From: an uncultured Chloroflexia bacterium | GTDB taxonomy: Bacteria > Chloroflexota > Dehalococcoidia > DSTF01 > JALHUB01 | NCBI GenBank assembly: GCA_963703345.1 | Contig: OY969814.1 | Span: 96,001 to 160,000 of the forward strand | Direction: 5' to 3' | DNA: 64,000 nt | The notes under the pieces: generated by a model | What the model was told of the DNA's origin: nothing | Seen by the model: the letters and a program-made list of their open reading frames with translations, nothing else | Database searches by the model: none | Translations under genes and position numbers: made by a program | Shown here: positions 9,300-22,325 of the stretch, piece by piece | Layout: every line of letters begins with the position of its first letter | How positions within the stretch are numbered: the first letter of the stretch is position 1

Positions 9300-10349
9300 G
9301 TGAGCACAGCCAGCGATAGCGGTAAGGCGTATTTGGCCGCCGGCGTGGACATCGATGCCGGCAGCCGACTGGCCGCCCGAATCAAAGAGATCGTCGCCAC
9401 GACGCGCCGGCCGGAGGTGCTTGCCGGCGTCGGGCCATTCGCCTCGCTCTTTCGGCTGGGCGAGTACCGCGAGCCGGTGCTTGTCGCCAGCGCCGACGGC
9501 GTCGGCACGAAGCTGAACGTCGCCGTCGCCATGCGCCGCTTCGACACCATCGGCGTCGATCTCGTCAATCACTCCGTCAACGACATCCTGACCACCGGCG
9601 CCGAGCCGCTGTTCTTCCTGGATTACATCGCCAGCGCGAGCCTTACTGAGGACGACAAGGTGGCGATTATGCGCGGCATGGCTTCCGCCTGCCGGGACGT
9701 CGGCTGCGCGCTGACGGGCGGCGAGACGGCGGACATGCCGGACGTCTACTTGCCGCGCGCCTTCGACCTCGCAGGGTTCATCGTCGGCGTCGTGGAGCGC
9801 GACGCGATCATCGACGGCAGCGCCATCCGGGAGGGCGACGCGCTCCTCGGGCTGCCGTCCAACGGGCTGCACACGAACGGCTATTCGCTGGCCAGGCGCG
9901 TGTTCAACGTCGGCCTTGGCGGCGATCCGGAGACGGAGAAAGCGGCGCTCTACCACACCTACCCGGAGCTCGGCGTCACCCTGGGCGAGGCGCTGCTGGC
10001 GCCGCATCGCTGCTACTATCGAGAAGTGAAGCCGGTGCTGCCGCAGGTGAAGGGCATTGCCCACATCACGGGCGGCGGCCTGATCGACAACGTGCCGCGC
10101 ATTCTGCCGGAGGGCCTGGCCGCCCGCATCGGCAGGGGCACGTGGAAGGTGCCGCCCATCTTTACGCTGATCCAGCGAGAGGGTAACGTGAGCGACGACG
10201 AGATGTACCACGTCTTCAACATGGGCCTGGGCATGATACTCGTCTGCGCCATGTCCGAGATCAAGCGGGTGCGCTCGCGGTTGCCAGAGGCGCGGCTTGT
10301 TGGCGAGGTCGTCGCGCAGGCTGGCGAGAAGCGCGTGATCATTGCGTAG
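9300..10349 (+). CDS. purM: phosphoribosylaminoimidazole synthetase
   Basis: AGVDI, DGVGTK, GGETADMP, HTNGYSL, HITGGG, FNMGLG. Confidence 0.97.
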   Translation: MSTASDSGKAYLAAGVDIDAGSRLAARIKEIVATTRRPEVLAGVGPFASLFRLGEYREPVLVASADGVGTKLNVAVAMRRFDTIGVDLVNHSVNDILTTGAEPLFFLDYIASASLTEDDKVAIMRGMASACRDVGCALTGGETADMPDVYLPRAFDLAGFIVGVVERDAIIDGSAIREGDALLGLPSNGLHTNGYSLARRVFNVGLGGDPETEKAALYHTYPELGVTLGEALLAPHRCYYREVKPVLPQVKGIAHITGGGLIDNVPRILPEGLAARIGRGTWKVPPIFTLIQREGNVSDDEMYHVFNMGLGMILVCAMSEIKRVRSRLPEARLVGEVVAQAGEKRVIIA

Positions 10350-10367
10350 ATTGAACCGACCGGGGGA

Positions 10368-11897
10368 ATGATGAAGGGAATCATCAGCGTTCATGACAAG
10401 GCGGGACTGTCTGAGTTCGCGCGCGGGCTGGCCGCTGTCGGCGTCGAGCTGTACTCCACCGGCGGAACCTACGCGACGCTCGATCGGGCGGGCGTTGCGG
10501 TCAAGTCCATATCCGCGCTTACGGGCTTCCCGGAGATCCTCGACGGCCGCGTCAAGACGCTTCATCCGATCGTTCACGCCGGCATTCTCGCCCGCCGCGA
10601 GCTGGCGGCCCACCGCGAGGAGTTGGAGCGACAGGGCATCAGCCCCATCGACCTCGTCGTCGTCAATCTCTACCCGTTCGTCCAGACCGTCACCAAGCCG
10701 GGCGTCACGCTCGAGGACGCGCTGGAGAACATCGATATCGGCGGGCCGACGATGCTGCGCGCCGCCGCGAAGAACTTCCCGAACGTCATCGTCGTCGTCG
10801 ACCCGGAGGACTACGAGCCTCTGCTGGAGATGCTGCGCGCCGGCTCAGTACCGCAGCCGGAGCGCCGTCGCCTGGCGCAGAAGGCCTTTCAGCACGTCGC
10901 GACCTACGACTCCGCCATCGCCCAGTATTTGCGCGAGCCGCAGGACATCCTGCCGGAATCCTTCACTATCGCCCTCAGCAAGCTCTTCGACACGCGCTAC
11001 GGCGAGAACCCACACCAGCGCGCGGCCTTCTACCAAGAGGAGAGCGTCGTCGAGCCGAAGCCGGGCGGCATCGTCGGCGCCGAGCAACTACACGGCAAGG
11101 AGCTCTCCTACAACAACGTCATGGACGCCGATGCGGCCTGGAACGCGGCCTGCGATTTTCCGGGGCCGACCGTCGTCGTCGTCAAGCACACGAACCCCTG
11201 CGGACTGGCCAGTCACGCGGACCTGGCGGAGGCATACCGTCACGCCTTTGCCGGCGACCCCGTCTCCGCCTTTGGGGGCATCGTCGCCGTCAACCGGCCC
11301 TTCACTCTGGCCGTCGCCGAGGAGATCGGCAAGACGTTCTATGAGATCATCATCGCACCAGACTACGAGGAGGAGGCACTGGCCCTTCTGCGGAAGAAGC
11401 GCGACCTGCGCATCCTGCGGGCCGCGGCGCCGTCGTTGGCCGGCTTGGACTACCGGCGCGTGGTCGGTGGCCTGCTCGTCCAGGAGCGCGACAACGTCCC
11501 CGACGAGCGCATTGAACCGAAGGTGGTGACGCAGCGCCTGCCGACCGACGCCGAAATGCGCGACCTGCTGTTCGCCAATCGGGCGATCAAGCACATCAAA
11601 TCGAACGCCATCGCCTTCGTGAAGGACGCGGCGCTGCTGGGGATGGGCGCCGGCCAGCCGAATCGCGTGACCAGCGTCATGCTGGCAGCGCGCGCAGCCG
11701 GCGAGAAGGCCAGGGGCGCGGTGATGGCCTCCGATGCCTTCTTCCCGTTCCCGGACGGGATCGAGACGGCGGCGGCGGCGGGAATCACGGCCGTGATCCA
11801 GCCCGGCGGCTCGATCCGCGACCAGGAGGCGATTGCCGCCGCTGACGCGCACGGTATGGCGATGGTGTTCACCGGCCAGCGCCACTTCAAGCACTAG
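10368..11897 (+). CDS. purH: bifunctional AICAR transformylase/IMP cyclohydrolase
   Basis: GRVKTLHP, IDIGGP, RYGENPHQ, KHTNPCG, SDAFFPF, RHFKH. Confidence 0.97.
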   Translation: MMKGIISVHDKAGLSEFARGLAAVGVELYSTGGTYATLDRAGVAVKSISALTGFPEILDGRVKTLHPIVHAGILARRELAAHREELERQGISPIDLVVVNLYPFVQTVTKPGVTLEDALENIDIGGPTMLRAAAKNFPNVIVVVDPEDYEPLLEMLRAGSVPQPERRRLAQKAFQHVATYDSAIAQYLREPQDILPESFTIALSKLFDTRYGENPHQRAAFYQEESVVEPKPGGIVGAEQLHGKELSYNNVMDADAAWNAACDFPGPTVVVVKHTNPCGLASHADLAEAYRHAFAGDPVSAFGGIVAVNRPFTLAVAEEIGKTFYEIIIAPDYEEEALALLRKKRDLRILRAAAPSLAGLDYRRVVGGLLVQERDNVPDERIEPKVVTQRLPTDAEMRDLLFANRAIKHIKSNAIAFVKDAALLGMGAGQPNRVTSVMLAARAAGEKARGAVMASDAFFPFPDGIETAAAAGITAVIQPGGSIRDQEAIAAADAHGMAMVFTGQRHFKH

Positions 11898-11913
11898 ACG
11901 GCCGCGACGAATC

Positions 11914-13014
11914 ATGTCCGCGCGTGACGAGTCAGAAATCGGCGACCTTCCCGAGATGGTCGCGGCCCTTTCCGACGGCGAGAAGGCCGTCTTCCGCCGC
12001 ATCTTCCGCGTCGACGCTGTCGAAGGGCGCATCATTCCGCCGGATTCGATGCGACCCTGGATAGAGCGGCAGTTCGGCGCAGTCGAGCCGACCCTCTCCC
12101 AACGAATCGTCCGCGTCACCAACCTTGTTACCGGCCGCGGCGCTCTCTTCAACCCCCTCCGCTCGCGACGCCCGCACTCGCCGAGCGACCAGACGGCGGC
12201 CGGCCTGGAATCGGCGGTCGCCAACGACCGCGACGACCCGCTGACCGACGCCCTGGGGAACACGCCGGCGGACATCTTTGGGCGAATCGAGGGGAAGTAC
12301 TGCGTGACGGGCGCCAACGTCGCCAAGTTCGACGGTTTCCACTCGCTGATCATCTTCAAGGAGCACAACCCGCTTCGCTTCTACCGCGAGATGCTGCACG
12401 ACTACATCGACACCGGCGTTCGCTGGGCGCAAGCGGCGCACGCGGTCGAGCCGGCGGCAAGGTATTTCCTCTTCGTGTGGAACTGCCTCTGGCGGGCCGG
12501 CGCGTCTCTCGTGCACGGGCATGCGCAGGTTCTGCTCGGGCGGGAGGCGCACTATCCGGCAGTGGAATTCCTTCGCCGCGCGGCGCTGGCCTATCGCTCT
12601 CGTTATGATCGCGACTACTTCGACGACTTGTACCGCGCTCACGCGGCCGTCGGTTGCGGTGTGGAGAAAGAGGGCGTGCGCATCCTGGCGAACCTGGCGC
12701 CGCTGAAGGAGAACGAAGTCCTGCTCCTGGCGCCGGCGCTCGACGTCTCGCTGAAGGACCGCGCCTACGAGGTGCTGGCCTGCCTGCGCGACCGGCTCGG
12801 CGTCGTCTCATTCAACCTGGCGCTTTACCTGCCGCCGATTCCGCCGGTCGATGAGGATTGGAGCGGCTTCCCGGCCATCGTCCACATCGTCGACCGGGGC
12901 GACCTGGCGCAACGGACGAGCGACATCGGCGCAATGGAGCTATACGCCGCAAGTGTCATAACCGGCGACCCCTTGCAGTTGGCGCGTCTGCTGAAGGATA
13001 CTTTGGGCGCATAA
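11914..13014 (+). CDS. GalT-like (HIT superfamily) nucleotidyltransferase/phosphorylase
   Basis: WNCLWRAGASLVHGHAQ matches the GalT-branch AGAS-x2-HxHxQ motif. Confidence 0.65.
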   Translation: MSARDESEIGDLPEMVAALSDGEKAVFRRIFRVDAVEGRIIPPDSMRPWIERQFGAVEPTLSQRIVRVTNLVTGRGALFNPLRSRRPHSPSDQTAAGLESAVANDRDDPLTDALGNTPADIFGRIEGKYCVTGANVAKFDGFHSLIIFKEHNPLRFYREMLHDYIDTGVRWAQAAHAVEPAARYFLFVWNCLWRAGASLVHGHAQVLLGREAHYPAVEFLRRAALAYRSRYDRDYFDDLYRAHAAVGCGVEKEGVRILANLAPLKENEVLLLAPALDVSLKDRAYEVLACLRDRLGVVSFNLALYLPPIPPVDEDWSGFPAIVHIVDRGDLAQRTSDIGAMELYAASVITGDPLQLARLLKDTLGA

Positions 13015-13032
13015 ACGCAGGAGGAATACCCG

Positions 13033-13758
13033 ATGGCGAACGTCGACGTAGTCATCCCCGTCTACAACGAAGAGCACGTGCTGGCTCAGAGCGTCGCGAC
13101 CTTGCGGGAGTTCCTGCGCGACAATCTGCCGCACATCTGGCGCATCGTCATCGCCGACAACGCGTCAACGGACGGGACGCTGGCGGTGGCACAGCGCCTT
13201 GCTGAAGAGCACGTCGACGTTGTGCCGTTCCACATCCCGCAGAAAGGGCGCGGCCGCGCGCTGCGGGCGACATGGCTGGGAAGCGAAGCGGACGTCCTCA
13301 CGTATATGGACGTCGATCTCTCAACCGACATCGCCTTCTTCCCTCCACTTGTGGCCGCCATCGCCGAAGAGGGCTACGACGTTGCGACGGGTTCGCGCTT
13401 GAAGAAAGGCGCCCAGACGACGCGCTCGCCTCGCCGCGAGTTCACTTCCCGCGTCTACAACCTCATGATCAAGGCGTCATTCTGGCCCAGCTTTGAAGAC
13501 GCGCAGTGCGGCTTCAAGGCGATAAGCCGCCAGGCCGCGCGCGAGCTCATCCCGCTGATCAAGAACGAGGAGTGGTTCTTCGACACGGAGCTGCTCATCC
13601 TGGCGGATAAGGGCGGCTACCGCATCAAGGAGATACCGGTACGCTGGCGGGAAGACCCGGACACGCGCGTCAACATCCGCAAGACGGCGATGGAGGACAT
13701 TCGCGGCCTGACGCGCCTGCGCTTCACGAAGATCCCCAAGAAGCCGCCGCGCGAGTAG
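13033..13758 (+). CDS. GT2 glycosyltransferase, polyprenol/dolichol-phosphate hexosyltransferase-like
   Basis: VIPVYNEE, DNASTDGT, MDVDLS, DAQCGFKA, WFFDTELL. Confidence 0.9.
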   Translation: MANVDVVIPVYNEEHVLAQSVATLREFLRDNLPHIWRIVIADNASTDGTLAVAQRLAEEHVDVVPFHIPQKGRGRALRATWLGSEADVLTYMDVDLSTDIAFFPPLVAAIAEEGYDVATGSRLKKGAQTTRSPRREFTSRVYNLMIKASFWPSFEDAQCGFKAISRQAARELIPLIKNEEWFFDTELLILADKGGYRIKEIPVRWREDPDTRVNIRKTAMEDIRGLTRLRFTKIPKKPPRE

Positions 13759-13831
13759 CGCCCCACCCCTCTCCCGCTCGTCAGGCGCCCCAAGTCCACA
13801 GTCGAGCCGAAGAAACCGTCCGCCGGGCTCG

Positions 13832-13860
13832 TTGACAGGATATGCGGGCCTCAATATAAT
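13832..13860 (+). promoter_or_regulatory. consensus sigma70 promoter of rpsU
   Basis: TTGACA-N17-TATAAT, exact consensus. Confidence 0.9.
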
Positions 13861-13906
13861 TTGCCAACCGACAAAATGTAAGCCCGTCGGCGACAGGTTC
13901 ACCGGG

Positions 13907-14086
13907 TTGACGGAAGTAATCGTCCGCGAAAACGAGAGCTTTGAGGCGACGCTGCGACGCTTCACGCGGAAGGTGCAACAGTACGGCATCCTGTCCGAAG
14001 CAAAGCGTCGTGAGCGCTTCGAGAAGCCGAGTGTAAGAAGAAAGCGGAAGGCCGCCGCCAAGCGTCGCAAGAGCGAGCGGCGCTGA
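13907..14086 (+). CDS. rpsU: 30S ribosomal protein S21
   Basis: VRENESFEATLRRF...EKPSVRRKRK; TTG start downstream of the promoter. Confidence 0.93.
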   Translation: MTEVIVRENESFEATLRRFTRKVQQYGILSEAKRRERFEKPSVRRKRKAAAKRRKSERR

Positions 14087-14129
14087 CCCGTCCAACATCC
14101 GCAGCGAGAAAGCAGAGCGCAGCATCACC

Positions 14130-14579
14130 ATGCCCATCAAAAACCAGCTCAACGCTGACCTGACTCAGGCCCTCAGAGAGGGCGACGAGACCCGTAAGCG
14201 GACCCTCCGCCTTCTCCTCTCCGTCGTTCACAACGCCGAGATCGAGAAGGGCGGAGAGCTCGACGACAACGGCGTCCTGGGCGTCATCGCCAAGCAGGTG
14301 AAGCAGCGCCGGGAGAGCGCCGAGGAGTTCCGGCGCGGCAGCCGCCAGGACCTCGTCGACAAAGAGGAGGCAGAAGCGGTCGTCCTGCAGACTTACCTGC
14401 CGCCGGCGATGTCGCGCGAGGACATCGAGGCGGCGGCACGCAAAGTGATCGACGAGGTCGGCGCCCAGGGGCCGCGCGACATGGGCAAGGTCATGGGGCC
14501 GCTCACCGCTCAGCTACGCGGTCGCGCGGACGGCGCCGAGGTGAGCGCGGTCGTGCGGGAGCTCCTCGGGCGGATGTGA
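14130..14579 (+). CDS. yqeY: GatB/YqeY domain protein
   Basis: [22 protein letters not shown]; rpsU-yqeY synteny. Confidence 0.92.
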   Translation: MPIKNQLNADLTQALREGDETRKRTLRLLLSVVHNAEIEKGGELDDNGVLGVIAKQVKQRRESAEEFRRGSRQDLVDKEEAEAVVLQTYLPPAMSREDIEAAARKVIDEVGAQGPRDMGKVMGPLTAQLRGRADGAEVSAVVRELLGRM

Positions 14580-14605
14580 CGGTAGGTCGCGCGGCGGCCG
14601 AGCGC

Positions 14606-14635
14606 TTGACACTCTTGCGTCATATCACGTAAAGT
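14606..14635 (+). promoter_or_regulatory. putative promoter of the str/S10 ribosomal cluster
   Basis: TTGACA-N18-TAAAGT. Confidence 0.6.
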
Positions 14636-14808
14636 ATGTGTTTGGCGCTGAACGACAGAGCCAAGTAAGGTCGAAAGACCTCAGATTGACTACGGTCAGC
14701 GATAGTGGAGCGCCTCGCGCTTCACGCTGTACTGGCTCAGAATCAGGCTTTCGGCCTTTTGCTGTCCTGAGAACCAGCCAGTCCAAGATTCCTGAGAGAG
14801 GTATATCC

Positions 14809-15237
14809 GTGCCCACGATAAGCCAGTTGGTGCGCAAGGGCAGGAAAAAGCTCATCAAGAAGACGAAGGCGCCCGCCCTGCGTTTCACGTATAACGCTCT
14901 GAAGAACCGCACGGAGAAGGGCGCGGGTTCGCCGCAGAAGCGCGGCGTTTGCACGCAGGTCCGGACGATGACGCCGAAGAAGCCGAACTCGGCGCTGCGG
15001 AAGATAGCGCGTGTGCGGCTCACGAACGGCATTGAAGTGACAGCGTACATTCCCGGAGAAGGGCACAGCCTGCAGGAGCACTCGGTCGTGCTAATCCGCG
15101 GCGGACGCGTCAAAGACTTGCCCGGCGTGCGCTATCATGTCATTCGCGGTGCACTCGATGCCCAGGGCGTCGACGGGCGCAACCGCGGTCGCAGCAAGTA
15201 CGGGACGCGCAAAGCCGGCGGAAAGTCAAAGACATAG
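14809..15237 (+). CDS. rpsL: 30S ribosomal protein S12
   Basis: [31 protein letters not shown]. Confidence 0.98.
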   Translation: MPTISQLVRKGRKKLIKKTKAPALRFTYNALKNRTEKGAGSPQKRGVCTQVRTMTPKKPNSALRKIARVRLTNGIEVTAYIPGEGHSLQEHSVVLIRGGRVKDLPGVRYHVIRGALDAQGVDGRNRGRSKYGTRKAGGKSKT

Positions 15238-15259
15238 TCGATAGCGGAGAGAGCCGAAC

Positions 15260-15730
15260 ATGCCAAGGCGGGCCAAGGTTGTCAGACGCATAATAGCGCC
15301 GGACGCCAAGTACCAGAGCGAAGACCTTGCGAAGTTCATCAACCGCATCATGTATAGCGGGAAGAAGAGCACGGCGGAGCGCCTCGTTTACAGGTCGATG
15401 GATTTGCTGGAGGCGCAGAACCGCCGCAACCCTATCGACACGTTCGAGCAGGCGCTGCGAAACGTGACGCCGGTCGTCGAGGTGAAGCCGCGACGCGTCG
15501 GCGGCGCGACCTATCAGGTGCCCGTGGACATTCGGCCCGAAAGGCGGGCGACGCTGGCCATGCGTTGGCTAATCGCCTCCGCCCGCGCTCGCAAAGGGCA
15601 TTCGATGGCGGAGAAGCTGGCTGCGGAGCTGGCCGACGCCGCCTCCGGCCAGGGCGCGACCGTCAAGAAACGGGAAGACACACACAGAATGGCGGAGGCC
15701 AACCGGGCCTTCGTCCACTATCGCTGGTAA
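15260..15730 (+). CDS. rpsG: 30S ribosomal protein S7
   Basis: [21 protein letters not shown]. Confidence 0.98.
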   Translation: MPRRAKVVRRIIAPDAKYQSEDLAKFINRIMYSGKKSTAERLVYRSMDLLEAQNRRNPIDTFEQALRNVTPVVEVKPRRVGGATYQVPVDIRPERRATLAMRWLIASARARKGHSMAEKLAAELADAASGQGATVKKREDTHRMAEANRAFVHYRW

Positions 15731-15821
15731 TATCGCGCGGCGAACTCGCCACCATAACTGAGGGGCAATACCAAGAACATTGATCGCATCGACGAAGCCC
15801 CGTTCGCGGGGGATAGAGATC

Positions 15822-17909
<2,088 letters not shown>

Positions 17910-17954
17910 GGAGGTCCGGAGATCGTCAGGTTCTAGTGGACGGGGCAGCTTAAC

Positions 17955-18266
17955 ATGGTTTCAAGGCAGAAGATACGGATCAGGCTGAAGGGCTACGACC
18001 ACCGGCTCCTCGATCAGTCGGCAAGCCAGATTGTGGAGGCAGCGGAGCGAACGGGCGCAGCCGTGGCCGGCCCGATCCCTCTGCCGACGGAGATCAAGAA
18101 GTTCACGGTAATCCGCTCTCCGGTCATCGACAAAGACTCGCGGGAGCAATTCGAGATACGAACTCATAAGCGACTGATAGACATCTTGGAGCCGACGGCA
18201 AAGACGGTCAACACGCTGATGCGGCTGCAATTGCCGGCCGGCGTGGACATCGAGATCAAGCTGTAA
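17955..18266 (+). CDS. rpsJ: 30S ribosomal protein S10
   Basis: [27 protein letters not shown]. Confidence 0.98.
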   Translation: MVSRQKIRIRLKGYDHRLLDQSASQIVEAAERTGAAVAGPIPLPTEIKKFTVIRSPVIDKDSREQFEIRTHKRLIDILEPTAKTVNTLMRLQLPAGVDIEIKL

Positions 18267-18925
18267 TGGAAATCGAAGGCATCATCGGCAGGAAGATAGG
18301 CATGACCCAGCTCTTCGATGAGAAGGGCGAAGTCCACGGCGTAACGGTCGTCGAGGCCGGCCCCTGCACCGTCGTTCAGGTCAAGAGCACCGAAACCGAC
18401 GGCTACCGCGCGGTCCAGTTGGGCTTGGGCACGGTGAAGCGAGTCAACGAGCCGATGAAGGGTCATTTCCGCGGCCTGGGCGATTTCCGCTACCTGCGCG
18501 AGGTGAAGGTCGATGACCCGTCGCAATGGAAGACGGGGCAGAAGGTCGGCGCGGCGCTTTTCCAGAGCGGCGACCACGTCAACGTGACCGGCGTTTCCAA
18601 GGGACGCGGTTTTGCCGGCGGCGTGCGACGGTGGGGTTTCCGCGGCGGACCGCGCACGCACGGTCAGTCGGACCGAACGCGTGCGCCGGGGTCCATCGGG
18701 CCGGGCAACTCGCCGGGACACGTGCGGAAGGGACTGCACATGGCGGGCCACATGGGCGACGCCCGCGTCACGGTGCGAAACTTGCGGGTCGTAGAGAGCG
18801 ATCCCGCCAAAGGGCTGCTCTTCATCGAAGGAGCGGTACCCGGCGGAAAGAATGGGCTCCTGCGCATCCGATTGTCGGCGAAGACGGAGCGCGCCCGCGC
18901 GAAGGCGCAAGCCAAGGCGCAGTGA
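18266..18925 (+). CDS. rplC: 50S ribosomal protein L3
   Basis: GRKIGMTQ, SKGRGFAG, MAGHMG. Confidence 0.97.
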   Translation: MEIEGIIGRKIGMTQLFDEKGEVHGVTVVEAGPCTVVQVKSTETDGYRAVQLGLGTVKRVNEPMKGHFRGLGDFRYLREVKVDDPSQWKTGQKVGAALFQSGDHVNVTGVSKGRGFAGGVRRWGFRGGPRTHGQSDRTRAPGSIGPGNSPGHVRKGLHMAGHMGDARVTVRNLRVVESDPAKGLLFIEGAVPGGKNGLLRIRLSAKTERARAKAQAKAQ

Positions 18926-18948
18926 GCGCGAGGGTGTTTGAGAGAGCA

Positions 18949-19776
18949 ATGAAACTGGAAGTAGTCAACAGGGAAGGCAAAGAGGTCGATTCGATCGAGG
19001 CGGATGCCGCCGTATTTGGAATCGAACCGAACTCGTTTGTCATCCACCAGGCGCTTCTGGCGCAACTCGCCAACAGGCGCGCCGGCTCAGCGAACACGAA
19101 GACGCGCGGCGAAGTTGCCGGAAGCACGGCCAAGATTCGGCGGCAGAAGGGCACCGGGCGGGCGCGCCTGGGTGCGGCGCGATCGCCGGCGATCCGGCAC
19201 GGCGGCATCGTCTTCGGGCCAAAGCCGCGCAGCTTTGCCCAACGCCTGCCGAAGCGAATGCGGCGTCTGGCCATCCGGTCGGTGCTGTCGGCGAAGGTCG
19301 CGGAAGGGTCGTTGCGGGTGCTCGACGCGCTGGCCTTCGAGCCGCCGCGCACGAAAGACATGAAAATGGTGCTGGAGGCGCTGGGATTCGACCGTTCGAC
19401 GCTGGTGGTCACGGAGAATTCGGACAGCAGCGTCAAGGTCAGCGCGCGGAACCTTCAGAAGGTTGACGTGCTGCAGGCGTCGTACCTGAACGTGGGCGAC
19501 ATGCTGTCGCATCGAGACGTGCTGATGACGGTAGGAGCGGTGCGACAGGCGGAGCGTCTGTGGGGAGGCGAACGGGCGCTTCGGCGCCAATCTCCGATTC
19601 CGGAGCTTGAGCCCGTCGCTGAGCGGCCTCCGTCTGCCCCAAGGCGGACGCGGCGCCGCCCGGCAGCGGTCGCCCCCGTCGAAGCGCCGGAGCCAGAGAA
19701 GAAGACCGTCGTGCGAAGGCGTCGTAAGGCCGCGCCCGAAGCGTCAACCGACGAAGCGGAGGCGGCGAATGCCTAA
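18949..19776 (+). CDS. rplD: 50S ribosomal protein L4 with C-terminal extension
   Basis: TKTRGEV, RQKGTGRAR, GGIVFGPKPR. Confidence 0.96.
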   Translation: MKLEVVNREGKEVDSIEADAAVFGIEPNSFVIHQALLAQLANRRAGSANTKTRGEVAGSTAKIRRQKGTGRARLGAARSPAIRHGGIVFGPKPRSFAQRLPKRMRRLAIRSVLSAKVAEGSLRVLDALAFEPPRTKDMKMVLEALGFDRSTLVVTENSDSSVKVSARNLQKVDVLQASYLNVGDMLSHRDVLMTVGAVRQAERLWGGERALRRQSPIPELEPVAERPPSAPRRTRRRPAAVAPVEAPEPEKKTVVRRRRKAAPEASTDEAEAANA

Positions 19777-20065
19777 GGAGCTGCATCCATACGCCGTCAT
19801 CCTGCGTCCGCTGGTCACCGAGAAGAGCACAATCCTTGCCGGCCAGAGCCAGTACGCCTTCCGCGTTGCCCGGGCCGCCAATAAGCATCAGATAAAAGCG
19901 GCCGTCGAGCTGGCCTTCAGCGTCGAAGTAAAAGCGGTCAACGTTATGAACGTGCGGGGCAAGGCGAAGCGCAACCGGCTGGGGTCAGGTTCTGCGCCGG
20001 ACTGGAAGAAGGCCGTGGTGACGCTGAAGCCCGGACACAAGATCGAGCTAATCGAAGGCGTCTAA
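19769..20065 (+). CDS. rplW: 50S ribosomal protein L23
   Basis: RPLVTEKS, WKKAVVTL. Confidence 0.96.
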   Translation: MPKELHPYAVILRPLVTEKSTILAGQSQYAFRVARAANKHQIKAAVELAFSVEVKAVNVMNVRGKAKRNRLGSGSAPDWKKAVVTLKPGHKIELIEGV

Positions 20066-20095
20066 TGACAACGATCACGACACGAGGCGGATCCG

Positions 20096-20923
20096 ATGCC
20101 CGTTAAGCAGTACAAGCCGACGTCGCCGGGCCGGCGCGGCATGACCGGCTTCACCTTCGAAGAGGTGAGCAAGAAGAGGCCGGAGAAGTCGCTGCTGGCG
20201 CCGCTGAAGAGCAAAGCCGGACGCAACAACCAGGGCCGGATCACCGTCCGGCATCGCGGCGGCACGAAACGGCGCCTGCGCATCATCGATTTCAAGCGCG
20301 ACAAGACCGGCGTGCCCGGTCGCGTCGCCAGCATAGAGTACGACCCGAACAGGACCGCGCGGATTGCTCTCATCCATTATCGCGACGGCGACAAGCGCTA
20401 CATCCTGGCGCCGCAGGGGCTGAAGACAGACGACGTCGTAGAGGCGGGCCCTGACGCCGAGATCCGGCCGGGGAACGCCCTGCCGATGCGCAACATGCCG
20501 ACAGGCACGTCTATTCATAACATAGAGCTGCATCCCGGCAGAGGCGGCCAGATAGTGCGAAGCGCCGGCTCCACGGCGCAGCTAATGGCAAAGGAAGGCG
20601 AGTTCGCTCTCGTGCGGCTGCCTTCGGGAGAGCTGCGGCGGATCCCTATCGATTGCATTGCGACGATAGGGCAGGTCAGCAACGTCGAGAACAGCATGGT
20701 CAAGCTGGGCAAGGCGGGACGCTCTCGCTGGAAGGGCCGGCGTCCGACGGTCCGCGGCTCGGCCATGAACCCGCGCGACCATCCGCATGGTGGCGGCGAG
20801 GGCAAGGCGCCGGTGGGCATGCCCGGCCCAAAGACACCCTGGGGCAAGCCCGCCCGCGGTCTGCGGACGCGGCGTAGGACCGATAGCGATAAGTACATTG
20901 TGAGAAGCCGGCACAAGGCCTAG
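20096..20923 (+). CDS. rplB: 50S ribosomal protein L2
   Basis: [29 protein letters not shown]. Confidence 0.98.
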   Translation: MPVKQYKPTSPGRRGMTGFTFEEVSKKRPEKSLLAPLKSKAGRNNQGRITVRHRGGTKRRLRIIDFKRDKTGVPGRVASIEYDPNRTARIALIHYRDGDKRYILAPQGLKTDDVVEAGPDAEIRPGNALPMRNMPTGTSIHNIELHPGRGGQIVRSAGSTAQLMAKEGEFALVRLPSGELRRIPIDCIATIGQVSNVENSMVKLGKAGRSRWKGRRPTVRGSAMNPRDHPHGGGEGKAPVGMPGPKTPWGKPARGLRTRRRTDSDKYIVRSRHKA

Positions 20924-20932
20924 GAGCTAGCT

Positions 20933-21235
20933 GTGTCACGTTCGACGAAAAAGGGACCCTACGTTGAGCCCAAGCTGTTGAAGAGAGCGGACGCGATCCG
21001 TCGCTCCGGCCAGCGCACCGTCATCCGCACCTGGTCGCGCGCCTCGACGATCATGCCGGAGATGGTCGGGCTAACCATCGGCGTCTACGACGGCCGGCGG
21101 CACGTGCCAATCTTCATCACCGAGAACATGGTCGGACACAAGCTGGGCGAGTTCGCCATTACGCGGCTGTTCCGTGGGCACGGCGGTCGTTCCGCCCAGA
21201 CAAGCAAGGTCGTTCGCCAGGCGGGGAAGCGATAA
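20933..21235 (+). CDS. rpsS: 30S ribosomal protein S19
   Basis: [18 protein letters not shown]. Confidence 0.97.
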   Translation: MSRSTKKGPYVEPKLLKRADAIRRSGQRTVIRTWSRASTIMPEMVGLTIGVYDGRRHVPIFITENMVGHKLGEFAITRLFRGHGGRSAQTSKVVRQAGKR

Positions 21236-21583
21236 ATGGAAGTAAGCGCCAGGGCAAAGCAGGTTCGCGTCTCACCGAGGAAGGTGCGCCTTGTGTTAGA
21301 GCACCTGCCCGGCAAGCGAGTGGAGGACGTCCTGAACATGCTCCGTTACATGCCCACGCCCAGCGCCAGACACGTTGAGAAAGTGGTGAAGTCAGCGGCG
21401 GCCAACGCCGAAAACAACTTCCAATTGGCACCCGGCGATCTGCGGATCAGGGCCGCTTACGCCGACGAGGCGCCGCGCTACAAGCGCATGCGACCGCGGG
21501 CGCGCGGCCGGGGGTCGCGCATCCTGCATCGTACCAGCCACATCACAGTGATTGTCGAAGAGGAGGAACAGCGTGGGTCATAA
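21236..21583 (+). CDS. rplV: 50S ribosomal protein L22
   Basis: [28 protein letters not shown]. Confidence 0.97.
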   Translation: MEVSARAKQVRVSPRKVRLVLEHLPGKRVEDVLNMLRYMPTPSARHVEKVVKSAAANAENNFQLAPGDLRIRAAYADEAPRYKRMRPRARGRGSRILHRTSHITVIVEEEEQRGS

Positions 21584-22322
21584 GGTTCATCCCATCGGGT
21601 TCCGCCTGGGCGTCATCTTTGGCTGGCAGAGCAAGTGGTACGCCGACCGTCACTATGCCGATCTCGTCCACGAGGACCTTACCATCCGCACCTCGATCGC
21701 CAAGACGCTCCGCGACGCCGGTGTTTCTCGCGTCGAGATCGACCGCAACGCAAACATGGTGCTCGTCACAGTGCACACCGCCAGGCCCGGCATCGTCATC
21801 GGGCGCGGCGGCCAGAAGGTGGATGAACTGCGGCAGCGACTGGAAGCGCTGACGGGACGTCGCGTCCGCGTCAACATCGTCGAAATCCGCCAGCCAGAGC
21901 TTGACTCTACGCTCGTCGCCCGCAGCGTCGCCGAGCAGCTAGAGCGGCGCGTCTCGCACCGTCGGGCGATGAAGCAGGCGGTGACGCGTACAATGCAGCG
22001 CGGCGCCGAGGGCATCAAGATAATCGTCGGCGGACGACTTGGCGGCGCGGAGATGTCGCGTCGGGAGACCGAGAAGTCTGGACGCGTGCCGCTGCATACA
22101 CTTCGCGCCAACATCGACTACGGCACCGCCGAGGCGGCCACGACATTTGGTCGCATCGGCGTCAAAGTGTGGATATACAAGGGCGAGATACTCCCCGAGC
22201 CGAAGGCGACTCCCGTCGTGGAAGCGCCGGTGGCGGAGGAAGAGGCGCCCGTGGTCGAGGAAGCGGCGGCTCACGTCACCGAAGAGGCCGCGCCCGTAGG
22301 GGAAGAAACGGCATCGGAGTAG
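21573..22322 (+). CDS. rpsC: 30S ribosomal protein S3 with acidic tail
   Basis: [32 protein letters not shown]. Confidence 0.97.
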   Translation: MGHKVHPIGFRLGVIFGWQSKWYADRHYADLVHEDLTIRTSIAKTLRDAGVSRVEIDRNANMVLVTVHTARPGIVIGRGGQKVDELRQRLEALTGRRVRVNIVEIRQPELDSTLVARSVAEQLERRVSHRRAMKQAVTRTMQRGAEGIKIIVGGRLGGAEMSRRETEKSGRVPLHTLRANIDYGTAEAATTFGRIGVKVWIYKGEILPEPKATPVVEAPVAEEEAPVVEEAAAHVTEEAAPVGEETASE

Positions 22323-22325
22323 GAG

